This document shows, piece by piece, positions 1 to 7,328 of a DNA stretch of 39,810 nucleotides; the first letter of the stretch is position 1, and each line of letters opens with the position of its first letter. The notes under the pieces are model-generated. The model made no database searches. It had not been told where the DNA came from and saw nothing but the letters and a program-made list of their open reading frames with translations. The translations under genes were made by a program, and so were the position numbers. The DNA is from Actinomycetes bacterium (GTDB lineage: Bacteria > Actinomycetota > Acidimicrobiia > Acidimicrobiales > Ilumatobacteraceae), in assembly GCA_031413195.1 (NCBI GenBank), contig JANOEM010000147.1:1-39810 (forward strand), given 5' to 3'.

Positions 1-1
1 T

Positions 2-145
2 TTGTCGCAAATCCGGGTCGAGGTAGGACAAAGGGTATCGCGTGGCGACAGGATCGGTGATATGGGAAATTCAGGCCGTTCAACTGGCACCCACCTTCAC
101 TATGAAATCCGCTTTGGCGGCAAAGCAGTGAACCCGATGACGTAA
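2..145 (+). CDS. M23 (LytM-type) metallopeptidase, C-terminal fragment; the 5' end lies outside the window
   Basis: The frame starting at base 2 reads ...GDRIGDMGNSGRSTGTHLHYEIRFGGKAVNPMT, then TAA at 143-145. The GxSGxSTGxHLHYE block is the signature region of peptidase family M23. It is absent from the ORF track because it has no in-window start. Confidence 0.8.
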   Translation: MSQIRVEVGQRVSRGDRIGDMGNSGRSTGTHLHYEIRFGGKAVNPMT

Positions 146-575
146 TCACCTTGGCGCAACGGAACGCAAAGCGGCCGATGACGAACTTGACGAGTGGGTC
201 GAATCACTCGACATCACATATAGTCCTCAATCAGTCCTCAGCACAGCGAGAATTGCAGAGATACGATGAGACGTGTTGGGGCGAGATTCTCCAGGTCACA
301 CCGAAGATCACAGCACGCGTAGCACGTCACAGACCTGCTAATTCTCTTCCAACCGAACTGGCCCAGCGACCCCGGATACAACGACTGACCTGCGCCAACG
401 AGGCGGCCCCGAAAAATGCCATGTCCGTTGAGCTCAGGCATGGTGGTGCGACACGAGGCGCCCATGGCGGCGGTTTGTTCCAACTGTTGCGACAGGTGAC
501 AACCATGGGGGTGGCGCGTCGCATCACATCGCGCAGCGCACCAGTTCTCGGCTTCGGGGAGCAGCGATCGCTAGC

Positions 576-1415
576 GTGGCTCGGGTGAGAGTACCGAATT
601 CGATTCGCCCCATCTTGCGGAGACCCGCTGTGCACGTTCGTCGGTGGGCGCTGCGTATCGGCGGTGTAGATGCTTCCGGAGCCGCGGTCGGCCCCGCAAA
701 CGTAACGGCAACGCAAGCCAGGGCGACCTACGAAAGCCTTTACGAATCACATGCCCGAGCCGAGGGTGACGATGGTGTCGGCAGTGGCGACTACGACGTG
801 ATCGGCGAGATCGAGTTCGACGTTCTGCGCGCCTACGGGTTGGAGCCATCGTCGACTCTGCTCGACTTCGGTTGTGGCAATGGCCGTCTCGGGATCCATG
901 TGGTGCCGTTCCTCGATCGCGGCGAGTACATCGGAGTCGACGTGGCACCGACTTTTCTCGCGCACGCCGAGCGCCGGCTCGCCCCGATGACAGCCGATGG
1001 CTCGCGGACAATCCGGTTGATCCACCAGACTGACGAGAACTTCGAGTTGGCCGATGACTCGATCGACATCGCCTGCGCGTTCTCGGTCTTCACCCACATG
1101 GAGCACGAGGACATGTACCGCTATCTCGTGGCACTCAAGAGGGTCGTTCGCCCCGGAGGCAGAGCAGTTGTCTCTTGCTTGCCGATGAACCTGGACGCGG
1201 CGCGCCACATATTTCTGACCGAGGCAGCGTTCGACCCGGTGACACGCTGGCAACGGGTTCGCAATGTCACTACATCGGTCGCGTTGGTCGACGAGATCGT
1301 CGCGCTCGCCGGGTGGTCGGTCGTGACGTGGCTCCCCGGTACCCAGGGCCAAGCGCCCAGACTCTCGGGCGAAATGCGCTCGCTCGGCCAGTCGATCGTC
1401 GTGCTCACGCATTGA
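576..1415 (+). CDS. Class I SAM-dependent methyltransferase (start uncertain)
   Basis: Motif I LLDFGCGNGRLG, followed by YIGVDV and ACAFSVFTHM, is typical of the Methyltransf_11/25 fold. The track start GTG 576 lies in a stretch with A/T-rich third codon positions. G/C-rich third positions begin only near the in-frame GTG at 798, so the true protein may be about 205 aa (798..1415). Confidence 0.75.
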   Translation: MARVRVPNSIRPILRRPAVHVRRWALRIGGVDASGAAVGPANVTATQARATYESLYESHARAEGDDGVGSGDYDVIGEIEFDVLRAYGLEPSSTLLDFGCGNGRLGIHVVPFLDRGEYIGVDVAPTFLAHAERRLAPMTADGSRTIRLIHQTDENFELADDSIDIACAFSVFTHMEHEDMYRYLVALKRVVRPGGRAVVSCLPMNLDAARHIFLTEAAFDPVTRWQRVRNVTTSVALVDEIVALAGWSVVTWLPGTQGQAPRLSGEMRSLGQSIVVLTH

Positions 1416-1542
1416 GCAGGAACGGACGACCCATTCGAGACACGAAGTTGTCAGTCGCGGGAACCCACGCGGCGGCTGCGAACGTCCAAACGAACGAATC
1501 GTGCTGTCCGATGTGCCGCAACCGATCAACTGGAGCTACGTC

Positions 1543-3024
1543 ATGCTGAACGTCCGAAGCCCACGCAACGCACTCGTCATCGCCGCCGCCGTCACGGTCG
1601 GCTCGCTGATGGCCACAGGGTGCGGGTCAACTCCATCGGAGTCGGGCGCCGCTTCTACTGTCGCGCCAACTACTTCGAGCACTCTTCGTACCATCAATGC
1701 GGCGGCGGCGGGAGGCCCGGGCGGCGGTCAAAGTGGGGATTCCAAGGTCTCCGCCGGGGGATGGGCGGCCTCACCGGAAGCCTCGATGCAACTGGCGTGG
1801 GTCGAGTACGTGATCGACGGCGAGTTGCCGGCCCTGGCGGACACCGCAGGCGCTTGGCTGTTCGAAACGGGAGCGACCGCGACGCTCGATCAGGTCGCTC
1901 GGTTGGCGTCCGCATTCGGAATCACGGAACCGCCGGTTGCGGTGACGGGCGAGCGCGGCGGGGGCTGGCAGGTTGGTCCGCTCGACGGGTCGGCGCCATC
2001 GCTGACCGTCACGAACTCGGCGACACTCGATTGGTACTTCAGCCCCGGATGGGCCACCATGAGCGACAGTCCCGTGGCCTGCGCCGGGATCGCCACAGCG
2101 CCGGTCGACGGGCAGATCGACCCTGCCGTCGCGAACGAAGCAATCGACCCGGCCGAAGTAGACGAAACAATCGACCCGGTCGACACAGTCGTCAACGCGA
2201 CTGAATCGACGCAAACGGTGCCGGATTGTGCACCACCCGCTCCGCTCGATGTGCCCTCGGCTGACGAAGCGCAAGCACTCGCATCCGGTCTGCTCGAGGC
2301 CGCAGGATTGAACCCGTCGGCCGGTCAACTCGACGTGTACGCCGATTCCTGGGGAGCCTCCGTCACGGCGTACACGATGGTCGGAGATTTCCGGTCGCCG
2401 TTCTCGACATCATTCGGCTTCGGGGAACAGGGCGCGATCACCTGGGCAGGTGGCACGTTGGCCACGCCAACTCCTGCCGGCGACTATCCGCTGATCACCG
2501 CCGCAGCAGGTATCGACCGGTTGAACAGCCAGTCGAAGCAGTGGATTCGGATCGAGGGTGGCCCTCAGGTGGGCCAAGTCGATCCGGCGCTCGTTGATCC
2601 TCCGTTGGGAGCACCTGTGGAGACGCCGATCGGCTTTGATCCTGGTGTCGTGGTCGCAGCACCGAACAAGATCGCGGTGACAGGCGTGCGCCTGGATCTG
2701 ACGTCGATCTGGGACGTCGACGGCACCATCTGGTTGCTGCCCGCGTACACGTACACCAACTCCGACGGCGTCGTCGCAACCGTTGCCGCCGTCACCGACG
2801 AGTATCTGCAAACACCCGACGTGCAATTGCCTGATCGCTCGACCGTTCCGCCTGAGACGCTGCCGGTCGAGACGCTGCCGGTTGAGACGGTGCCGGTCGA
2901 AACGTCGCCCGTCGAGACGCCGCCGGTCGGGCCAGTACCGGTCGAGCCGGGGCCGATCCCGACGGTTCAAGTCGTCGACGACACGCTCCCGATCGACACC
3001 ATCGGCACGATCCCGCAGGGGTAG
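1543..3024 (+). CDS. Secreted lipoprotein of unknown function, acidic, with a Pro-rich repeat tail
   Basis: ATG 1543 gives MLNVRSPRNALVIAAAVTVGSLMATGCGS: a basic n-region, a hydrophobic core and an LMATGC lipobox. 493 aa. I recognise no catalytic motif. The C-terminus carries ETxPV repeats. Confidence 0.7.
   Translation: MLNVRSPRNALVIAAAVTVGSLMATGCGSTPSESGAASTVAPTTSSTLRTINAAAAGGPGGGQSGDSKVSAGGWAASPEASMQLAWVEYVIDGELPALADTAGAWLFETGATATLDQVARLASAFGITEPPVAVTGERGGGWQVGPLDGSAPSLTVTNSATLDWYFSPGWATMSDSPVACAGIATAPVDGQIDPAVANEAIDPAEVDETIDPVDTVVNATESTQTVPDCAPPAPLDVPSADEAQALASGLLEAAGLNPSAGQLDVYADSWGASVTAYTMVGDFRSPFSTSFGFGEQGAITWAGGTLATPTPAGDYPLITAAAGIDRLNSQSKQWIRIEGGPQVGQVDPALVDPPLGAPVETPIGFDPGVVVAAPNKIAVTGVRLDLTSIWDVDGTIWLLPAYTYTNSDGVVATVAAVTDEYLQTPDVQLPDRSTVPPETLPVETLPVETVPVETSPVETPPVGPVPVEPGPIPTVQVVDDTLPIDTIGTIPQG
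2854..2958 (+). repeat. In-frame 15-bp tandem array, about 7 units, consensus gagacgctgccggtc, encoding ETLPV/ETVPV/ETSPV/ETPPV
   Basis: Units read directly at 2854, 2869, 2884, 2899, 2914, 2929 and 2944. The first two differ at one base; later units degenerate progressively. Confidence 0.85.
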
Positions 3025-3061
3025 GACTCGGGCAACTAACGGATCCGACTAACGTCTGCTC

Positions 3062-3478
3062 ATGCAACGAATTCTTGTCGGAATCGACGGCAGCTCGACC
3101 TCGCAGGCCGCAGCCCGCCAAGCGGTCGAGTTGGCCGAGGCGCTCGGCGCCGAAGTGCACTTCGTCACGGTCGTGAAGGACGATGAGCTCAAGGTCTTGA
3201 AGGTCTCGGGGGACGAATGGGAAATCAGCAACTTGGCGATGGCCGAGTCCGAGGTGCTGCAGTTCATCACCGCGTTGAAGTCGCCGATCAGCTATTCCGT
3301 GGCGGCAGTCGAGGGTAGCCCGGCAAGCGTGCTCGTCAGCGAGGCCGAGCGGATCGACGCCGACCTGATTGTCGTCGGTAACGTACGAATGCAGGGCGTC
3401 AGCCGCGTGCTCGGCAGCATCGGCAACACGGTTGCTCACAACGCGCCGTGCAGCGTGCTCATCGTCAAGACGGTGTAG
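3062..3478 (+). CDS. Universal stress protein (UspA family)
   Basis: 138 aa. MQRILVGIDGSSTSQAAARQAVELA ... DLIVVGNVRMQGVSRVLGSIGNTVAHNAPCSVLIVKT matches the Usp ATP-binding fold, including the G-x2-G-x9-GS motif region. Confidence 0.85.
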   Translation: MQRILVGIDGSSTSQAAARQAVELAEALGAEVHFVTVVKDDELKVLKVSGDEWEISNLAMAESEVLQFITALKSPISYSVAAVEGSPASVLVSEAERIDADLIVVGNVRMQGVSRVLGSIGNTVAHNAPCSVLIVKTV

Positions 3479-3491
3479 CTGTTGAGCTGCG

Positions 3492-5915
3492 TCAGGTGGT
3501 GAAGTAGCCCATCACGTCGGCCACGAGGTCGGTCGTGCCGATCGCATTGAAGATCGAGACCGAGCCATCGGTTCCGAGGCGACCGAGCACCATGTTGGGC
3601 ACGACCTGACCGGCGACGGCGTTGAGGTTCGACGCAGTCGGCTGGGCGTCGCCCGCCGGGTAGACGGTCACGAAGGTCGCTGCGCTCGGGGTCACGACGG
3701 TGACGTTGAGCAGCACGGCGCTGACGCCCGAGTTCGGGATTCCTCGCGCTCCGGTCAGCTTCAGAGCGAGCGGTGTCTGGTCGACCGGTGCCTTCGGAGC
3801 ACCGATGCCCTCACGAGTGTCCAGCACGCGACCGGGCTGAATCGCGACGAACCGCCCCGGAGCGGTGTCGACGAACGCGCCCAACACGTCGGCGACGACA
3901 TGGGTCGACCCAGCGCCGTTGAAGATGCTGATCTTTCCTCCCTCGCCGACGCGGCACATCACCATGTTCGGCACGGTCTGACCCGGCACCATATTGACAC
4001 TGGACGCGGTCGGCTGTGTGTCCCCGGTGGGCCAGACGGTGAGGAAGCTTCCGGCTGACGGTTCGGTCACGGTCACGTTGAGCACGACGGCCTTGGCCTT
4101 GGTCGCTACTCCTCCTCGGTCGAGCACCTTCAGATCGATGGTTTGGGCGGGGCCGACCGGTCCGGGAGCCACGACCCCTGTGCCGTCGCGGGTGTCGAGC
4201 AGTCGGGCCGGCGACAATGGCTGGAGGCGGAGGTTGCTCGAGGTTGTGAAGTAGCCGACAAGATCGGCAACGAGATGTACGGTGCCGCCATTGTTGAACA
4301 TGCTGACCGAGCCCGCCGGGCCGAGTTGACCGATGACGAGGTTCGGGACCGCGAGACCAGGGACCGGGTTGAGGTTGGATGACGACGGTCTGGCCGTGCC
4401 GCCGGGCCATACGGTGATGTATGTCGGATCAGTCGCGTCGACAGCCGTGAGATTCCAAGCCACTGCCGTTGCGTCGGCAGGGATCCCGAACTGACCGGCT
4501 TGCGCGAAGCTCCATGTCTCGCCGGGTCCGAGCGGTCCCGTGCGTCCGCCTGTTCCGTCGCGTGTGTCGAACAGGCGAACAGGACTGATCGACACGAAGC
4601 CACTGGCGACAGACGGCCCGAGAACGATGGGTGTTGTCGTCGGGGACGCGGCTCCTGGCCCACTATGAAACAGGCCGAGGTTCTCGAAGCTTCCGTTGAC
4701 GATGCTGCTGCCGCCACCGCCGAGCCAACCATCGAGGACTGATCCGTACATCGAACGAAAGTCAACCGTGGAAGCCATCCGGCCGTTCTTGTCGACGGCG
4801 ACGAGCGAAGGCATCTGTCCGTACAAGCCACCTTTGACGTTTCCGCCGATGACAAATGACGTGCTCGATGTGCCGTGATCGGTTCCACCTGAGTCGTTCG
4901 ACTTCGGTGTCCGCCCGAACTCCGACACGGTCATGATCGTGACGCGGTTCTGGAACGCAGGAGAGAGCGTCGCATAGAACGCCTGCAGGCCGGCATTGAG
5001 GTCGACGAGGTAACCGGGAAGGGCGCCATTCTGATTGTCGTGCGTGTCGAATCCGCCGCGACTGATGTCGAGAACGCGCAGCCCGATGTTGGCGTTGAGC
5101 AACCGCGCTGCGATCGTCAACTTTCTGGTGAGTTCGCCGCCCCCGGGGAGCGCTGCCTTGAACGCGGGCGCGACTTCGGTGGCAAGATCCAGCTGGCGGC
5201 GCATCGTGCCGGTGAAGGTGTCATGCAGGGCACCTCGCCCCGCGCCAGTGGCAGCGAGCGCGCGGAGCCCGGTGTACATCCGGACTTCGGACGAGGACGT
5301 GTCGACTCCGAACATGCCGCCGTTCGGTGGAATGCCGGCGGCGCGGCGAGTGGCGCCCTGCATGTGCAGGGGGACCGAGGAGTCCAACGATGCCGCGGCG
5401 AGATCGGCGGTTGCGGCCGGCTGACCGTCGAGCCATCGTCCGATCCATCCGGTGCTCGCCATCCCGCCGCTGAGGGATCCGTTCATCCAGATCGCCATCG
5501 AGGTGAAGTGCGACAGATCAGGGTTGCCGTAGCCGACACCCTGGATGGCAGCGACCTGACCGGCGTCGTAGAGCGCCTTGAGGTAACTGAGCTGCGGTGC
5601 GAACCCGACGAAGTCGTTGACGGGGAGCACCTGGCTGGCCGGGGTAGCGATGTTTGCCCGCAGCGAGTAGTAATTGCCGTCGCCGTACGGAATGAACGTG
5701 TTGAGTCCGTCCAAGCCGCCGTAGAGCGTGACGACGATCAAGATGCCGTCGTTCGGACCGATTGGGGTGCCGGCCCACGCAGTCGGGATGCTGCCCCCGA
5801 AGAAGTCCTGCGCGATCGTGCCAATCGATGCGCCGCCGAATGCGCCGGCTCCGAGCGCCTGCAGGAAACTGCGGCGGGTCCATCCCTTGGGACCGAGGTT
5901 TTCGTTGAGAGTCAT
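3492..5915 (-). CDS. Tat-exported DUF1501 family protein (sulfatase/phosphatase-like fold) with three extra C-terminal ~120-aa modules
   Basis: Twin-arginine signal WTRRSFLQALGAGAFGG. DUF1501 blocks LIVVTLYGGLDGLNTFIPYGD, GGFDTHDNQ, SEFGRTP and GGTDHG fall within aa 1-415. aa 439-807 are three tandem repeats. The start ATG overlaps the upstream stop (ATGA at 5913-5917). Confidence 0.85.
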   Translation of the reverse strand: MTLNENLGPKGWTRRSFLQALGAGAFGGASIGTIAQDFFGGSIPTAWAGTPIGPNDGILIVVTLYGGLDGLNTFIPYGDGNYYSLRANIATPASQVLPVNDFVGFAPQLSYLKALYDAGQVAAIQGVGYGNPDLSHFTSMAIWMNGSLSGGMASTGWIGRWLDGQPAATADLAAASLDSSVPLHMQGATRRAAGIPPNGGMFGVDTSSSEVRMYTGLRALAATGAGRGALHDTFTGTMRRQLDLATEVAPAFKAALPGGGELTRKLTIAARLLNANIGLRVLDISRGGFDTHDNQNGALPGYLVDLNAGLQAFYATLSPAFQNRVTIMTVSEFGRTPKSNDSGGTDHGTSSTSFVIGGNVKGGLYGQMPSLVAVDKNGRMASTVDFRSMYGSVLDGWLGGGGSSIVNGSFENLGLFHSGPGAASPTTTPIVLGPSVASGFVSISPVRLFDTRDGTGGRTGPLGPGETWSFAQAGQFGIPADATAVAWNLTAVDATDPTYITVWPGGTARPSSSNLNPVPGLAVPNLVIGQLGPAGSVSMFNNGGTVHLVADLVGYFTTSSNLRLQPLSPARLLDTRDGTGVVAPGPVGPAQTIDLKVLDRGGVATKAKAVVLNVTVTEPSAGSFLTVWPTGDTQPTASSVNMVPGQTVPNMVMCRVGEGGKISIFNGAGSTHVVADVLGAFVDTAPGRFVAIQPGRVLDTREGIGAPKAPVDQTPLALKLTGARGIPNSGVSAVLLNVTVVTPSAATFVTVYPAGDAQPTASNLNAVAGQVVPNMVLGRLGTDGSVSIFNAIGTTDLVADVMGYFTT
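3495..4601 (-). repeat. Three tandem ~120-aa protein modules (about 4245-4601, 3870-4229 and 3495-3854) inside the DUF1501 gene
   Basis: Each module starts with P(V/A)R(L/V)(F/L)DTR(D/E)G(T/I)G. Each contains (A/V)V(V/L)LN(L/V)T(A/V)V, then TVWP/TVYP, T(A)(R/Q)P(S/T)(S/A)SN(L/V)N, VPN(L/M)V, and ends with H/D-(L/V)VADV(L/M)GYF. The modules diverge at the DNA level, so this is an old duplication. Confidence 0.8.
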
Positions 5916-7222
5916 CAGCCGACGTTCATCTCTCCGGTGAGCATCACCATTGTGAGCAGGCTCGAGACGGCGTTGTAGTTGCTGCCGTTCGACGCTGCTC
6001 GTTCGCTTGCGAAGGCATCGATCAGGGTCGCCCTGGTGGAATTGGCCAGCGGTGCAATGCCGAAGTAGCCGGCGACGGAGTCCACTGCCTGGGCCGTCGA
6101 CAGTGCGTACAGGTTGTTGAACCCATTGTTCGCTCGCAGCAGTGAAGTGACCTTCTTGGCAAAACCGGCCCGCCCGCTGAGCGCGCTCGTCGTCATCCAG
6201 TATCCGTTGTTCTTCCAGCCGGCGACATTTGGCGGATCGAACACTCGCTGTCCCATCCGCTCACCGAAGTCGAACAGCCCGACACTGCTGCAGGTCAGGC
6301 CGGAGTGAGCAAGAATTGCCACCGCCCATTCGGTCGGGGTACGGACCAGGCCTTGCTTGGCCTCGGCCGAGTAGAACTCCGGGCGATTGAGCAAGGCTGT
6401 GACCAGTGGCTTCAGCTCCAAGCCCCCGGCAATGAACACGGCGGCCAACTCACTGACGATGTTCTCGGCGGGCCGAGGATAGGCGAGGTACTCCCAGAGC
6501 TTCTTCGCGATCAGGCGCGCCGCGAGCAGGCGCTTGGCCGCGTTGTCGATCAGGAGTTCGTTGACGACATCGGGCCCATTCCAATTCTTGGTCGTACCAA
6601 AGAGCGTCTTGAGACCTTCGTCGTGCTTCGTCGAACGGTACTCGTAGCTCTTGGTCGGGTCGTCATAGTTGTGCCCCGTCCAGGCCCTGGCGACCGCAAC
6701 GACGTCGTCTTCGGTGTAGTTGCCGATTCCGATGGTGAACAGTTCCATCAGTTCCCTGGCAAAGTTCTGGTTCGGCGCGGTCTTGACGTTGAAGGCATTC
6801 GACAGGTACAGCAGCATCGCTGGTTCGAGTGACATCTTCTGGGTGAGCATGACGAAGTTGCCGAGCGCGAAGTTGCGGTACAACTGGTTCTGGCTCATCA
6901 TGTGATCGGTTCGCCCGACGACGTCCCATTCACTGACGAAGTGGCCGTGCCAGAACAGCGTCATCTTCTCCTGGAACGAGCGCGGTCGAGTCGCCATCGA
7001 ATCGATCCACCAGTTGAATGCGGTGATTCGTTGGTTGTAGCTGTTGTTGTTGTCGTGGTTGACGAGTCCTGCCGGAAGCTGCGGGTTTGCATTCGGCCCG
7101 AAGTCGATGACATTGTCGACCGCGGCGGCGATGGACAACGGGCTGAGTTCTGCGACGCGTGCGGGCCGAGCGATGAACTCGGTACGCCGAAGGAGATGGG
7201 TGATGTCGTCTGGGTTCGCCAT
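5915..7222 (-). CDS. DUF1800 family protein, partner of DUF1501
   Basis: 435 aa. An N-terminal HLLRRTEF motif and the MTLFWHGHFVSEW block match the DUF1800 hallmark LFWHNHF. It sits directly upstream of, and is translationally coupled to, the DUF1501 gene, which is the usual pairing for these families. Confidence 0.85.
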   Translation of the reverse strand: MANPDDITHLLRRTEFIARPARVAELSPLSIAAAVDNVIDFGPNANPQLPAGLVNHDNNNSYNQRITAFNWWIDSMATRPRSFQEKMTLFWHGHFVSEWDVVGRTDHMMSQNQLYRNFALGNFVMLTQKMSLEPAMLLYLSNAFNVKTAPNQNFARELMELFTIGIGNYTEDDVVAVARAWTGHNYDDPTKSYEYRSTKHDEGLKTLFGTTKNWNGPDVVNELLIDNAAKRLLAARLIAKKLWEYLAYPRPAENIVSELAAVFIAGGLELKPLVTALLNRPEFYSAEAKQGLVRTPTEWAVAILAHSGLTCSSVGLFDFGERMGQRVFDPPNVAGWKNNGYWMTTSALSGRAGFAKKVTSLLRANNGFNNLYALSTAQAVDSVAGYFGIAPLANSTRATLIDAFASERAASNGSNYNAVSSLLTMVMLTGEMNVG

Positions 7223-7328
7223 GCTCAGGTGCTCTCGTTGGACTCGATGTTGAGGTATCGGCCGGATCAGGTCCAGTCTTGAACGGAATAGTTCGCGAAC
7301 GTGCGCCGCCAGGGGGCAGAATGCGGCA

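Noticed and set aside
192-209. tRNA T-arm-like hairpin gagtg-ggtcgaat-cactc
   Set aside because: The loop is 8 nt rather than 7. No matching acceptor stem, D-arm or anticodon arm can be built from the flanking ~70 nt, so it is neither a tRNA nor a clear tRNA fragment.
416-499. 27-codon Cys-rich mini-ORF (MPCPLSSGMVVRHEAPMAAVCSNCCDR) that could look like a RiPP precursor
   Set aside because: It has no Shine-Dalgarno and atypical codon usage, and there is no adjacent maturation enzyme, transporter or immunity gene. A chance ORF is more likely.
151-588. 145-aa ORF filling the gap after the M23 peptidase
   Set aside because: Third codon positions are A/T-rich, unlike all credible genes here. 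It has no recognisable motif and a TTG start without an RBS. I treat it as non-coding (see the finding on 146-797).
672-684. Minus-strand CUCCGGAAGC resembling the SRP RNA domain IV core
   Set aside because: The full GGUCCGGAAGGAAGCAGCC motif and the flanking helix are missing.
747-1529. 260-aa minus-strand ORF antisense to the methyltransferase
   Set aside because: It is Arg-rich with no motifs, a typical shadow ORF of GC-rich coding DNA. The opposite strand carries a clear SAM-MTase.
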